Below are positions 9,603 to 21,300 of a stretch of DNA of 59,374 bases, one piece after another. The stretch comes from a virus (taxonomy: Duplodnaviria > Caudoviricetes). The stretch is taken from IMG/VR virus record IMGVR_UViG_3300046010_004673, positions 1 to 59,374 of that record; one strand, 5' to 3'. Made by a program: the position numbers and the translations under genes. The notes beneath the pieces were generated by a model. The model did not search any database. It saw nothing but the letters and a program-made list of their open reading frames with translations, and was not told where the DNA came from. Each line of letters begins with the position of its first letter. The stretch's first letter is position 1.

Positions 9603-11191
9603 GTAAGGGTGGTTTCCAAAACCCCAAGTACGCAAACCAATCCGGCACTACGAGCGGATATGGTTCCCAAGGGAACTTTGGGATGGGGTACACGCAGCCT
9701 TATGGTTCTCCGGGTACTGGAACCTATGACCCGATGCTCGGCTTCGGCCAAGCCTCTGGCATGGGAACCACTTACAACTACCCCACTCGATACACTGCCG
9801 ACTACACGCGATATGCCCAAAGCGGCCAAGCGTTTAACCCGGCTGTGATGGGGTACAACTCGTACGGCCAGATCTTCGCGCAGCCGCAGCGTCCGCCTCC
9901 GAGCATGGGCAAAGGCGGTGGTGGGTTCCGTCCGCAGCCCCCTCCCATCATGGGAGGCGGGAAAGGTGGATACGATCCTAATCGACGCATGCAGGCAAAT
10001 CCGGGATTTGACACACCGTTTGGGAATTTCCCACAGCCTCGCAGACCTGAGCGCCGTACCAATCAGTTGGGGTTAAACCAGCGTAGCGGTCCGGGTTATG
10101 GACCCCCTGTTTCTGGCGGTGGTATGCGTACCGCTGATTTGCAGGATAGTAATCTCGACGGAATCGATGATCGAGATCAAGGGCCGCGAACTGGCGGTCC
10201 GGGAGCGACCCCTCCTCCTCTTACTGCTGGCGAATTTTTTGAGCCGGGATCTCAGCCCCCCACTATTGGTGGTAAAGGTGGCGGTGGGCAAACTGATAAC
10301 ATCACGACTCGTAGACCCAGTGTTGGATTTGATCCAGAAGGTCGTTTCCGCAATCGTCAAAATAATCCTCCTAGCAATATCCTCAAGCCACCGCCTGTTG
10401 GCGCTGTTGTTGGTCCTTACACGGGAGGTTTTGGCAATAACGTGCCAGAGCCTATGTTTGATATGAACCAAGAGTTCAGATCTTATCCGGGCGGTAGCAC
10501 ACCAAGAGGAGGAGTGGGGCAGTCACTTCCCCCAGATATTTCTGGCAGTCCGTTTGGCCAGTTGCTTGGTGGCGGCTTAGGTGGAATGCCTACTGGCGGT
10601 CCTCAGATTCGCGCAGACTATGAGCCAATAGGCGGAAGAAACTTTGACATGTTGCCGACCGTTGTGCCGGATAACTACATTCCTCGCTTTGGAAACATGG
10701 GTTTTTTCCAAGAAGGCGGTCAGGTTCCCCCTGATGCCAACATGGAAATGATGATGGCCGAAACCGCACAGCCTGAAATGGCTGGCGAATATGACCGGCT
10801 TATCCAGATGACGATGCAGGCGATCTTGGGTCAAGTCGAGAACCCGGATGAAGTGATCCAGATGTTCATCGATGAGTTCGGTGTTGATTCGTTTAGACAG
10901 TTGCGTGACGCAGTCCTGAAGCAGCAGGTTCCCAACGCCCAAACCGAAGGAATGGTCGATGGCAACGGCGGCGGCATGGACGATCAAGTGATGGGCATGA
11001 TCGGTAACCAGCGTCCGGTGGCAGTGTCGCCGGGTGAGTACATTGTGCCTGCTGATGTGGTGTCAGGTCTTGGCGATGGGAGTTCCAAGTCAGGCGCAGA
11101 CATCCTCGATGAATTGAACCAAGCCGTTCGCATGGCTCGTACGGGAACCCCTGAACAGCCCCGTCCGCTGATGGAGACTCTGCAGCAATGA
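9599..11191 (+). CDS. Putative internal virion protein, G/P-rich and disordered, with conserved C-terminal domain
   Basis: ATGA overlap; C-terminal GEYIVPADVVSGLGDGSS.SGA..L motif. Confidence 0.6.
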   Translation: MSKGGFQNPKYANQSGTTSGYGSQGNFGMGYTQPYGSPGTGTYDPMLGFGQASGMGTTYNYPTRYTADYTRYAQSGQAFNPAVMGYNSYGQIFAQPQRPPPSMGKGGGGFRPQPPPIMGGGKGGYDPNRRMQANPGFDTPFGNFPQPRRPERRTNQLGLNQRSGPGYGPPVSGGGMRTADLQDSNLDGIDDRDQGPRTGGPGATPPPLTAGEFFEPGSQPPTIGGKGGGGQTDNITTRRPSVGFDPEGRFRNRQNNPPSNILKPPPVGAVVGPYTGGFGNNVPEPMFDMNQEFRSYPGGSTPRGGVGQSLPPDISGSPFGQLLGGGLGGMPTGGPQIRADYEPIGGRNFDMLPTVVPDNYIPRFGNMGFFQEGGQVPPDANMEMMMAETAQPEMAGEYDRLIQMTMQAILGQVENPDEVIQMFIDEFGVDSFRQLRDAVLKQQVPNAQTEGMVDGNGGGMDDQVMGMIGNQRPVAVSPGEYIVPADVVSGLGDGSSKSGADILDELNQAVRMARTGTPEQPRPLMETLQQ

Positions 11192-11634
11192 ATGCAGCAG
11201 TAGAGGAAATGCAAGTCTATGTGTCGTTGGTTCCGCCCATGCACATTGAGGATGCTTGGCCTTCACTGGTGTCTTATTTGGAACCTGCTGTCGAAAGATC
11301 TAACGGCAGATGGACTATGGATGCTCTGAAGATCTGGGCATTCAATGGTGAAAAGCAGATCTGGATCATCTTCGATGACAATAAAACGATACACTGTGTG
11401 GCGGTCACACAGAATGTCGTTTACCCGGCCAGCAAAATGCTCTCCATCGAGTTCCTCGGTGGTGCTGGCTTAGATAAATGGGCGTTTAAACTTCTCGATG
11501 TACTTGGCAGTTGGGCCAAGGACAGCGGATGCAATGGAATAGAAGCCACCGCAAGGATCGGCTTCTGGAAATGGCTTGAGAAAGACGGTTTCGATAAAGC
11601 CTACACCGTATTCGAGAAGAGGTTTGAACAATGA
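11188..11634 (+). CDS. GNAT-like protein among the internal virion genes
   Basis: FLGG...WAKDSGCNGIEATARIGFWK...GF motif; such genes commonly sit beside podoviral ejection genes. Confidence 0.6.
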   Translation: MNAAVEEMQVYVSLVPPMHIEDAWPSLVSYLEPAVERSNGRWTMDALKIWAFNGEKQIWIIFDDNKTIHCVAVTQNVVYPASKMLSIEFLGGAGLDKWAFKLLDVLGSWAKDSGCNGIEATARIGFWKWLEKDGFDKAYTVFEKRFEQ

Positions 11635-13742
11635 GTAAGGGCAGTAAAGCACCTGCTGTTCAAGAGAGCAGGGTTACCCAGAGTAACCTTCCTCCGTACG
11701 CTGAGCCGTACTATCGATCAGCCCTTGAAAGGGCGATGTTTGAGAGTGCGCGTCCCTACGAGCCGTACCTCAATCAACGCCTCGCTCAGTTTGCACCCGA
11801 AGAAACCTTTGCCCAGCGTGGCATCATGGCGATGGGCCGCCCGACTCAGATCGGAGAAGCCACCGATATCTTTCGTCAAGTCGCAGGGATGCGTGGTCCA
11901 TCAGGGATGGATATCGCGGGTCAGTTCAACCCGCAAGCAATCTCCCCGCAATACCGTGGCAGAGAGTTCCAGACGGGGTATGCGCCCGGTCAGTTCGGAT
12001 CTGAGTACACCGCTGGTGGCATTGGCGATCTGTATCGTGCGGGAACCTATGCTCCGGGATATACGCCCGGTCAAATTGTGTCCACCTACCGACCCGGTCA
12101 GTTTGCGCCGGGGTTCCAAGCACAGACTTATACTTCTGGCTATCAGCCCACTCGGTTCCAGAGTAACTATCAGGCCAGAGAGATCACTCCGGGATATCAG
12201 GCCGGTCAGTTCACGGATCGGTATCGCGCAGGTCAGATCACGCCAGAATATCAGGCTGGAACTTTCGATCCCGGCTATCAGGCATCACGTTTAAATGCTG
12301 GATTCGAAGCCGGTTCACTTGCGGCACCGGGCGCTATCGAGCAATACATGTCTCCGTACCAGCGCATGGTTACGGATGTGGAGAAGCAGGCTGCGGTTCA
12401 GGCTTCTCAGATGCAGGGTTCCCAAGAAGGTGCTGCTGCAGCCCGTGCTGGAGCCAAGGGCGGTACCCGTGAGGCGTTGATCCAAGCCGAGAGACAGAAG
12501 GGTCTGTCTCAACAGTTGGCTGGTATCGAAGCCCGTGGCGCACAGAGTGCGTTTGAACAGGCTCAGAGAGCCTTTGAAGCGGATCGTGCTGCCAGATTGC
12601 AGCAAGGTCAGTTCGGCATTCAGGCGTTCCAGACTCAGGAAGGCGCACGTCAGCGTGAGGCTGAGATGCGCTTTGGCGCACAGCAGGCCGGTGAGCAGGC
12701 ACGTCAAGAGGCCGCTCGTATGGGCATGACTGCTCAACAGCAGAACGAAGCCGCCCGTCAGGCTGAGGCTGACTTCAGTCTTCGCGCATTCCAAACTCAG
12801 GAAGGGGCGCGTCAACAACAGGCGCAGTTCTCGCTTCAGGCCCAGCAGGCTAGTGAGCAAGCGCGTCAGGAAGCAGCCCGAATGGGCCTCTCGGCACAGC
12901 AGCAAGAAGATGCTGCCCGTCAGGCTGCAGAGCAGTTCCGTCAGCGAGCCTTTGGCATGGGAGCAGAGGAGCGCCAATTCCAAGCGACCATTGGCATGCA
13001 GGCGCAGCAGGCTGCAGAGCAGGCGCGTCAACGTGCTGCAGAAATGGGCATGACCGCCCAGCAACAGAACGAAGCGGCTCGTCAGGCTGCAGAAGAGTTC
13101 CAGTTGCGCGGGTTCCAAGCCCGAGAGTCCGCTCGTCAGCAGCAAGGTCAGTTGGGACTGGGCGCATTCCAAGCCCAAGAAGCGGCTCGTCAACAGCAAC
13201 AGCAGTTCCGGTTCCAAGCACAACAGGCTGGAGAACAAGCCAGACAAGAAGCCGCTCGTATGGGTCTCACTGCACAGCAGCAAAGCGATGCTGCGAACCG
13301 CGCTGCACAAGAGTTCTTGTCAAGGTCTCAAGAGTTCAACGTCGAGCAGCAGAGACAGCGAGCATTGCTTGGATTCCAAGGCATGGAGGCAGATCGTGCT
13401 GCACTGGAGCAACGACTCCGCGCAGCAGAACTTCTTCGTGGAACCGGTTTGTCACAGCAGGAATCGGATCTGCAGAGACTGCAAGCCCAGTTGGGTATTG
13501 GTGGTCAGCGCCGCGATCTCATGCAGCGTGGACTCGATATCGGCTACGAAGACTTCCTGCGTCAACAGGCGTTCCCGCGAGAGCAACTCGCATTCCTCAG
13601 CAACCTCCTGCAAGGCGTTCCGGTACAGCCGGGTACGACAGTGGCCACCTATGGTCGTCAGCCGACACCGACCCAGCAGTTACTGGGCGCAGGCTTAGGT
13701 GCAGCAGGTCTATACCGCACACTCGGCGGGGGGCAGGGTTAA
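11631..13742 (+). CDS. Putative DNA ejection/pilot protein with 9-aa and 18-aa repeats
   Basis: Q/A/R-rich helical repeats; C-terminal QLAFLSNLLQG...QLLGAGLGAAGLY. Confidence 0.6.
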   Translation: MSKGSKAPAVQESRVTQSNLPPYAEPYYRSALERAMFESARPYEPYLNQRLAQFAPEETFAQRGIMAMGRPTQIGEATDIFRQVAGMRGPSGMDIAGQFNPQAISPQYRGREFQTGYAPGQFGSEYTAGGIGDLYRAGTYAPGYTPGQIVSTYRPGQFAPGFQAQTYTSGYQPTRFQSNYQAREITPGYQAGQFTDRYRAGQITPEYQAGTFDPGYQASRLNAGFEAGSLAAPGAIEQYMSPYQRMVTDVEKQAAVQASQMQGSQEGAAAARAGAKGGTREALIQAERQKGLSQQLAGIEARGAQSAFEQAQRAFEADRAARLQQGQFGIQAFQTQEGARQREAEMRFGAQQAGEQARQEAARMGMTAQQQNEAARQAEADFSLRAFQTQEGARQQQAQFSLQAQQASEQARQEAARMGLSAQQQEDAARQAAEQFRQRAFGMGAEERQFQATIGMQAQQAAEQARQRAAEMGMTAQQQNEAARQAAEEFQLRGFQARESARQQQGQLGLGAFQAQEAARQQQQQFRFQAQQAGEQARQEAARMGLTAQQQSDAANRAAQEFLSRSQEFNVEQQRQRALLGFQGMEADRAALEQRLRAAELLRGTGLSQQESDLQRLQAQLGIGGQRRDLMQRGLDIGYEDFLRQQAFPREQLAFLSNLLQGVPVQPGTTVATYGRQPTPTQQLLGAGLGAAGLYRTLGGGQG

Positions 13743-13745
13743 ACC

Positions 13746-15380
13746 ATGAACATTCTCCAGATGGAAGACATGGTCAAAGGTCTTCCGGATCAAGTATTGA
13801 TGCAGGAAGCGCAGATGCCTTCCGGTCAGATCCCCCAGTTCTTGGCGTTGTCGGAAGTGCAGCGCAGAAAGGAGATGCGGGATAAGTTCCAAGCCCCGCC
13901 ACAAGCCACTGTAGCCGATCAGATTCTGCAGAGTGGTATCGCTGCAGCCATGCCTCAGCAGCCGCCCCAAGGCGGTATGGCTCCGCCACAGGGCATGCCG
14001 ATGGGTCCAGAGATGGGTCCGCCTCAGGGTCCACAAGGTGCGCCGGTCATGGCGTACGGCGGTGGCCAGATGCCGTATCGGATGTACGGCGGCGGACAGG
14101 TTCCCGGTACCGTGTACATGCAGCAAGGTCAGACGGTTCCCAGAACATCTCGCGCACAACGAGTCAACCAACTGCGCGATCAGATTCAAGCGGCCATTCT
14201 TCAGGGCGCTCCCAAAGAGCAGGTTGATGTATTGCGTAGTCAGTTAGAAATACTGACTGCTCCTGCGCCATTGACTCCGCAGGCTCAGGATTATCAGACG
14301 TTCCAAAGGATTCGTGAGGCTGGTGTATTCCCGCAACTCACTACCCCAGCGTTGGAGATGGCAGCACCTGATTTCTCGGCACAATTAAATGCTGCGATGC
14401 AGCCTGCTGCTGCGCCAGATGTTGCTGCTCCGAATGCTGCTCCAGCCATGGCACCTACTGCCGACACAATGCAGGCTCTGCCTGCAACAGACATGGCTTC
14501 TATGTTTAACCAGTTCCGTGCAAACATTGGCACTGGTGGTGGAATGCCACGAAATCTTGGTCAAGCGATTCAGCCTTTCGAGCAGTACTTTGCCATCGAC
14601 CAGAATGCTCCTGCGTTGCAAGCCACTGATTTCAGCCCATTGATTCAGCAGGCTGAGAAGCGTGGTGCAGAACGTGCGGCGAGTTACGCCGAGACCATCA
14701 AGGGCATTGAAAACGAGATGAAGCGGGAGCGCCTTGGCGCTGTCCTGACTACACTCGGTGCCAACCTGATGGCCGGTGAAGGCGCGGCTGGCCTTGAGAA
14801 GGCTGGCGTTTTGGCCCAGCAGATGGGCAAGGAAGCGCGGCAGGAAATTTCTGCAGAGCGTCGTGCTGCAAGAACTGCAGAAGAAGCCACCTCAGATCGT
14901 ATCTTTGCATTGAATGCACAGCAGTTGACTTCCGACAAGGAAGCGCAACGAGCCATCTTCAATGCACAGCAAGGCGTGAAGGAAAAAGCCTTCAATGCTT
15001 TGAGCAAGCAGATGGAAAACCAGCAGCAGGCTGCACAGGCTGCAAGCCAGTTGGCTGCTACGCTCACCGTTGGCGCGGTCAACAGCATGCGCGACAAGAT
15101 TGTCACCGAAGGTGCCAACGCTCGCGCTGTTCTGGACTTCGCCAAGGAACAAGCAAGGTCGCTCAAGGACACATTGGGAACTTCGACCGTTGGCATGGCT
15201 GCTGCTGATATTCAGAAGTTGGTGGAAGAAACATTGATCAGTGGAATCATCACTGGTTACAAAGCAATCGGTCAGGCTCCGCCGAAAGGGTTTGAATCAC
15301 AGATCCGTGCCGCTGCCGCCACCACTGGAGGAACGAAAGGAACTGCGTCAGAATCAGATCCTCTTGGACTTCGTCAATAA
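13746..15380 (+). CDS. Putative internal virion / ejection protein
   Basis: Coiled-coil, A/Q-rich; lies between ejection-like genes. Confidence 0.55.
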   Translation: MNILQMEDMVKGLPDQVLMQEAQMPSGQIPQFLALSEVQRRKEMRDKFQAPPQATVADQILQSGIAAAMPQQPPQGGMAPPQGMPMGPEMGPPQGPQGAPVMAYGGGQMPYRMYGGGQVPGTVYMQQGQTVPRTSRAQRVNQLRDQIQAAILQGAPKEQVDVLRSQLEILTAPAPLTPQAQDYQTFQRIREAGVFPQLTTPALEMAAPDFSAQLNAAMQPAAAPDVAAPNAAPAMAPTADTMQALPATDMASMFNQFRANIGTGGGMPRNLGQAIQPFEQYFAIDQNAPALQATDFSPLIQQAEKRGAERAASYAETIKGIENEMKRERLGAVLTTLGANLMAGEGAAGLEKAGVLAQQMGKEARQEISAERRAARTAEEATSDRIFALNAQQLTSDKEAQRAIFNAQQGVKEKAFNALSKQMENQQQAAQAASQLAATLTVGAVNSMRDKIVTEGANARAVLDFAKEQARSLKDTLGTSTVGMAAADIQKLVEETLISGIITGYKAIGQAPPKGFESQIRAAAATTGGTKGTASESDPLGLRQ

Positions 15381-15392
15381 TCGGAAGGTCAC

Positions 15393-18300
15393 ATGGCAAC
15401 TATCGCGGATATTCGTAAGAAGTATCCTCAGTACAATGACCTTTCTGACCGGGAACTTGCAGAAGGCTTTCATCGAAACTTCTACAGCGATATCCCGTTC
15501 GACGATTTTGCACAACGGATTGGACTAGAAGAGCGCACTGTCCTTGGCCAGATAGGTCAGACGTTTAAAGCGGTCCCGCGTGGCATTGCCAACACGGTTC
15601 TGTCCACTGGCGAGGGTCTGGCGGAACTGGCTGACGCAGCCACCAACTTGGTTGGCGCGGAAGGTCTGATTGATTCCGGCGATGAGAATGCTTTGGTCAA
15701 GGCTTCTCGGGAAGGCCGTGACTGGATTGCGAACAGCGCACTTGGCGCAGATCCCTCCTACCAAGATGCTTGGTTCACCAAGTTCGGTGAAGGCGCTGGA
15801 TCGATGCTCACGTTCCTCGCCCCGGTGGGAATCCTCCGTGGACTGGGGGCAGCAGGCAAAGCGATCCCCAAACTTGGTACTTCGGCACGGGAACTGGCTC
15901 TGACGGGAACCCTTGCAACAGGCTCGGGCGCAGGCGAACAAGCGCAGCGTGTTGAAGCAGCGCGGGCGCAAGGACTCGAAGTTACCCAAGGCGAAGAGGA
16001 CGCAGCCGTTGGACTTGGCGGATTGATCGGGCTATCTGAGATTGCCCCGATTGCATCGATCCTCAAGCGGGTTCCCAAGAATGTCACGCCTGCACAGAAG
16101 TCTCGGATACTGGATCTTCTGCAGAAGTCCATCCGTGGTGGTGCAGAAGAAGCGGTGCAAGAATCTGCTGCAGGATTGCTGCAGGACTTCACCGAGAAAG
16201 GAATCTACAACCCTGATCTCGCTGTCGGAGAATCGTTCTGGGACGATCTGACCGTTGGTGGTGCTGTCGGTGCGTTCGCAGATTTCGTGGTCAATGCTGC
16301 CGCAGGACGGCGCAGTTTCATCACCACCGAAGCACAGCGTGAGTACGAGGCTCAAGCCCGTCAACGTGAACAGGCGAACATCGAGAAGATCCGCCAGTCT
16401 CTGGCTACCGAGGCGGAGCGCAGAGCAAACATACAGGCTGACCCGGAAGGGTTCACTAAAGCCGCCGCACAGGCTCAGGCAGCGGCTGCAGGGGTTGCTC
16501 CGCCAACCGGTGAAGGTCCGCCAGTACAACGCGGTGGAGCCTATGCCCGTGCGATCTCCAATCAGTTGGGCGACTATTTCCCAACCAACACTAAGTTTGA
16601 AGTTAAGCCGGGTCCGTCAAAGCAAGGGCCAGAAGGTCAGACCTTAACCACCCATGTGGTAGTGGACTCAGCCGGGAATCAATACGGCCAAGCACTCGAC
16701 AGTTACGAAGAAGCCATTGGTCTTGCCTATGGTTTAAACACAGAAGTAATAGATCAACAGGTTCGGGGCCAAGTTCTCAATACCCTTGAGACTTCGGGTC
16801 AGGCTTACGATCAGGTCACTGCAGACACCCTGACCCGGTACGGTGTCCAGATCCTGAGTCCTGATCGGAACCTCATCACTTCCGCTGCCATCAACGAGGC
16901 TGCTGGAACCACTGCCGACAAAGGCTACATCGAGAACTACGGTTTCCAGACCATTCTCAATGGCGAAAAGACCAAGGATGGTTATGTTGTTCAAGGTCCG
17001 AATCAACGGCCCGTCACAGTTCCCGGACTGACGCTCTCTCAACAGATCAACCAGAAGCGTAAAGAGCAGGGACTGCCTGAGACCCAGACCTTCACTGTGG
17101 ATGAAGCCCGTGAAGCGTTGGGCGATAAGTTCGAGCGATTGACCGACATCAATGTCGCAGCGATCCCGGACAACTTGTCTTACACCGCGACTGTTATCAA
17201 CGGCAAACCCTCTGTTGTCAGCGCAGCCAACGAAGTTTTCACTTCCCGTTTTGCCAGCGCAGAAGACAGCGAGGCTTCTGGCAAGAACGAAGACGGCACA
17301 CCGAAGATCAAGGTGGGTCAGAAGATTGAACTGAAGTCCTTGGAAGATGCTCAGGCTTTTGCTGAACGCAAGAACAAAGAAGCCGCCAAAGGACAGGGTT
17401 TGTCCACACAGGAAATCAACGAAATCCTGAAGGGCAAGAAGACACTGAACGATGAGATCACTCGGCTGCTCAAGTCGAAGAACATCGGATCAGAAATTGA
17501 TACACCCGAAATCAAGACGCTGTTTAAATCAATTGTCGGGAAAGAATCACTGGCCGACATGTCGTTCGGTGAACAGCGGTTGTTGTACGCCCGTCTGCGT
17601 ACGCTCCCCATGTTCGAGGCGACCACCAAGTTGCCGGTGTTCGAGGCCAAGCCGTACACCCGAGACAACTTCCTTGCGGCATCCAAGTTCGTGCAAGACG
17701 CGAACTCGTTGGGTCAATCAATCACTGACGATCAGATCGCACAGGCTGCGGGCATTCTGCCCAATGACGAACGCAAGGATGTCAAGGTCGAAGCGATCAA
17801 GGCTGAACTTGTCAAGCAAGGGGTTCCCGTAACCAAAGCGGTCAAGCCTGTTCTGGCTCTGCCTGCTCCGACTGGAACCACTGACACCTACAACTTCCTG
17901 CGAGAAGAAATTCGCAAGAAGATGAAAGGGTTCGGGTTGGACGATATCGCTACCCGTATCGATCAGACCCTGCTCAACTTCGGTGACCCTGTCCGATACA
18001 TGCAGGAGATGGGCGCTGAAACGGAAGGCTATTACAACCCGTTCCTGCGCGAGATTACCTTGGCGGTGGATCGTATTGATCCGCAGAAGACGCTGACTCC
18101 AGAGCAGCGCGTCAATGCGTTGGCCGATGTACTGAACCACGAGATCGTTCACCCTGTACGGGAACTGGATCTGTGGACGGGGCAGGAATGGGACACGTTG
18201 TCCAATGCTGCAGCCAGACTGAAGCGTAAGGACGAACAGGGCAAAGACACCGGCCAGACTTATCTGGAATGGGCGCGTCAGAACTACGCTGATCAAAGTC

Positions 18301-21300
18301 CGTTGGTGCAGGAAGAAGAGTCAGTAGCAGACCTGTCACGTCAGGCCAAGAAGTTTGGTGCCAAAGCGGTCGCGGGCAAGCCCAAAGTTCTGGCTGACAA
18401 ACTGTTTAAATTCTTCGACCGACTCGACAACTCGTTCCGTGGTGCTGGGTTCCAGTCGTACTCCGACATCTTGGATCGTCTGCAGTCCGGTGAAGTGGGT
18501 GCGCGTACCCGTGGCGAAATCAGAACGCTCCGTGCTACGGAAGCAGAGATGGCGCAGCAGGGCGTGTTGCCTGAGCGGTTCAGTGACTACCAGCCGATCC
18601 TTGCCACCCCGGTGGTGCGGAACCAAGAGCGCGAGAAGAAGAAGGTCGAGGTCCAACAGAAAGCACAGGCTGCTGGTGTCACCGACTTCAACCCGAATGC
18701 CCTCGAAGGCGCAGCGATTCGTGAGTCTCGACGCGCTATCGAGAACATCCCGAAGACTATCGATGTCGATGGGGTGGTTAAACTCACTGACGACTCAGAA
18801 GGTAGGGCTATCTATTCCGGTTACGAAGGACCGGAACTGTTCGGCATGGAAACCGCGCCGACACAGCAAGGGTTGCGTAACTTCTGGAACTGGTTTGGCA
18901 ACAGCAAGGCTGTAGATAATTCCAAGCGCCCACTGGTTTACTACCATGGAACCGCTGGCGATATCACAGCGTTCCGTCCGAAACAGGCAGGATCTGTATT
19001 CATCACTCGCAATCCAGAGTTTGCAAAAACATTCTCTGATTTGTCTAGCGAGTACATGATCGATAACTTCACTGATTTTATAAGTAATCAGGAAGTTTTG
19101 AATGTACTGAATGAATCGATGCGTAGTAGCACTACGCCAAAGTTCTACGACAAACTTGAAGCCATCCAAAAGAAAGTATCTGCCGCTGTTCAAAGCGGAC
19201 AGCCTTTAAGTGGAAATCTGCTTTCTGATATTAAGGATCTTTATCAGACATCTGGCGTTAGTTCGAAGATGGTAGAGAGCATTAAGTCAAGAATGCCTAC
19301 CAACGCCAACATAGTTCCGGTGTATGTCAAAGCAGAGAATCCTTTTGATTACGAAAACAAGCAGCACATTAGAGATGTTCTGAAGAAGATCGATGAAACT
19401 TCTGCACTTGAATTGGATTCAGGCCAGATTGAAGGATTGAAGAAAGGCGACTGGACTGCTGTTGAAAGCCCTGTGATTCTTAATGCAATTAAGAGTCTTG
19501 GATTTGACAGCATGTATGTCGAAGAGATGGACGAGAAGAACCTCGCCGTCTTCGACCCCAGTCAAGTTAAGTCTGCCATTGGCAACAACGGACAGTTCGG
19601 CCCCACTCCCAGCATTCGGGAGTCGCGTATCTCTTCTCCGGGCCTGTTTGAACAGGCTGACATTGGGATCAATGTTCGATCTGATCAAAAATCAGGCTTG
19701 CGTTATGCGGACGAAATTATTGATGGGAATAAAAAATACGAGACTAGAGACAGCGATTCATTACGACCTTATGTCGGCAAACGTATTGCGATTGTCCGTA
19801 CTGGTGAAGGCACGGCAAAAGCCATAGGAGAAGTCACAGTTGGAGAGCCGATCCTTGTAAATGAGACGCAGTTTAACGAAATGCGTTCAGAGCATTTAGT
19901 TCCTGCCGGTAGCACTTTTGACATTAAGCCCGGATCTAAAAAGTATCTGTATCCGATGCTAAATCCTGTGCGCTTTGATGAAGAAAAAGATGTTGGTGCA
20001 GGGATCGTTGCTCGTAAGGTTATTGATAAAAGTGCCGGCATTCGCGAGTCTCGCCGCAGTCCCAATGTTGTTAGCCTGATGAGCAATCAGGAGCAGCCGC
20101 CTCGCAAACTTACCGGCAAGACGCAGGTTGCTCAGTTCCTGCAAGACCGTGCGCTGGAAGCATTGGGCGGTCGTCCGCGTAATTTAAACAACGAAACAGA
20201 TCGCGATGCTATTGCTGATGATCTCGTTGAGGAAGCCCTTTACGAGATGGAAGCGCAGAAGAATGCGTTGGAGTGGTACGACTCCACCATCGAGCGCACC
20301 ATTGAAATGATGTCGCTCCGGCATCCGGAGATTAAGACTGACCCCAATGCTCGCACTGCATTCCTTGTCAGCCTTGCGGTGACTTCGCAGAACCTCGCGG
20401 TTCCTGACAACCTCAAGTACTCCGAGGAAGTTTACAACCACTTCAAGCGTAACCGCCGGTTCCCAGAGAAAGGGTTCGGATCTAAGGCGGGTTCCATCAA
20501 GCGCAACTTCGAAAAAGCAAATATGCTGATCGATGAGTTGGGTTCGATGGAAGCGTTCACTGATTTCCTGCAGACCGAGTTCACCGTTGGTCAGTTGAAT
20601 CCCATCCTCAAGGGACACCTTGGAAAGAAAGCCAAGGTCGGTGGCGAACTGGTTGGCGCAAAGGTCTATGGCTCTGCAGTCTTCGGACCCAAGATCGGCA
20701 ACGGTTTCTACACCAATCTTCGCGGCGACTTCAGCCCGGTCACCATCGACATGTGGTTCATGCGAACCATTGGTCGCTTGCGCGGCAAGGTCATGGACTT
20801 CGATGAGAAGAAGTTCGGCAAACAGTTGGAGCGTCTTGCCAAAGCGGAGGGCATGGAAGGCGCATCAGTAGATGACTTGGTTGCGCGAGCCACTCAACTG
20901 CAGAAGCAGCATGAGAAGGACTTTAAACAGTTCCGCGCCGAGTACGATGCGGGCATTCGCAAGAAGTCGGAAGCCACAAACGCTGCCATCACCATTGTCA
21001 AATCGCTGAAAGCGACTCGTGATGCTCCTTCTACGGGAACCGAGCGCGATCAACTTCGTGATATCGTCAATCGTGCGGTCAATAAAATGCGTGACCGTAC
21101 CGGACAGGATATTTCACCTGCTGCATTTCAAGCGTTGATCTGGTATCCTGAGCAAGATTTATATAAGAAACTTGGTGTCAAGTTAAAACACGTCAGGCAG
21201 GACTATGCAAATAGCACAAAGCAATTTCTCCGCCGAGAAGGAATCGATGAGCGAGAACTCAAGCGAGCCGAGGATCGGGTTCGGAGCCGCCGACAACGTG

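Noticed and set aside
12315-13310. Long antisense ORFs (12315..13310, 47252..48148, 48878..49801 and similar)
   Set aside because: Shadow ORFs opposite well-supported genes; Leu-rich mirror images of Q/E/K-rich sense codons.
13738-13744. GTTAAAC upstream of 13746 as a GTTTAAAY site
   Set aside because: It has only two Ts, so it was excluded from the count.
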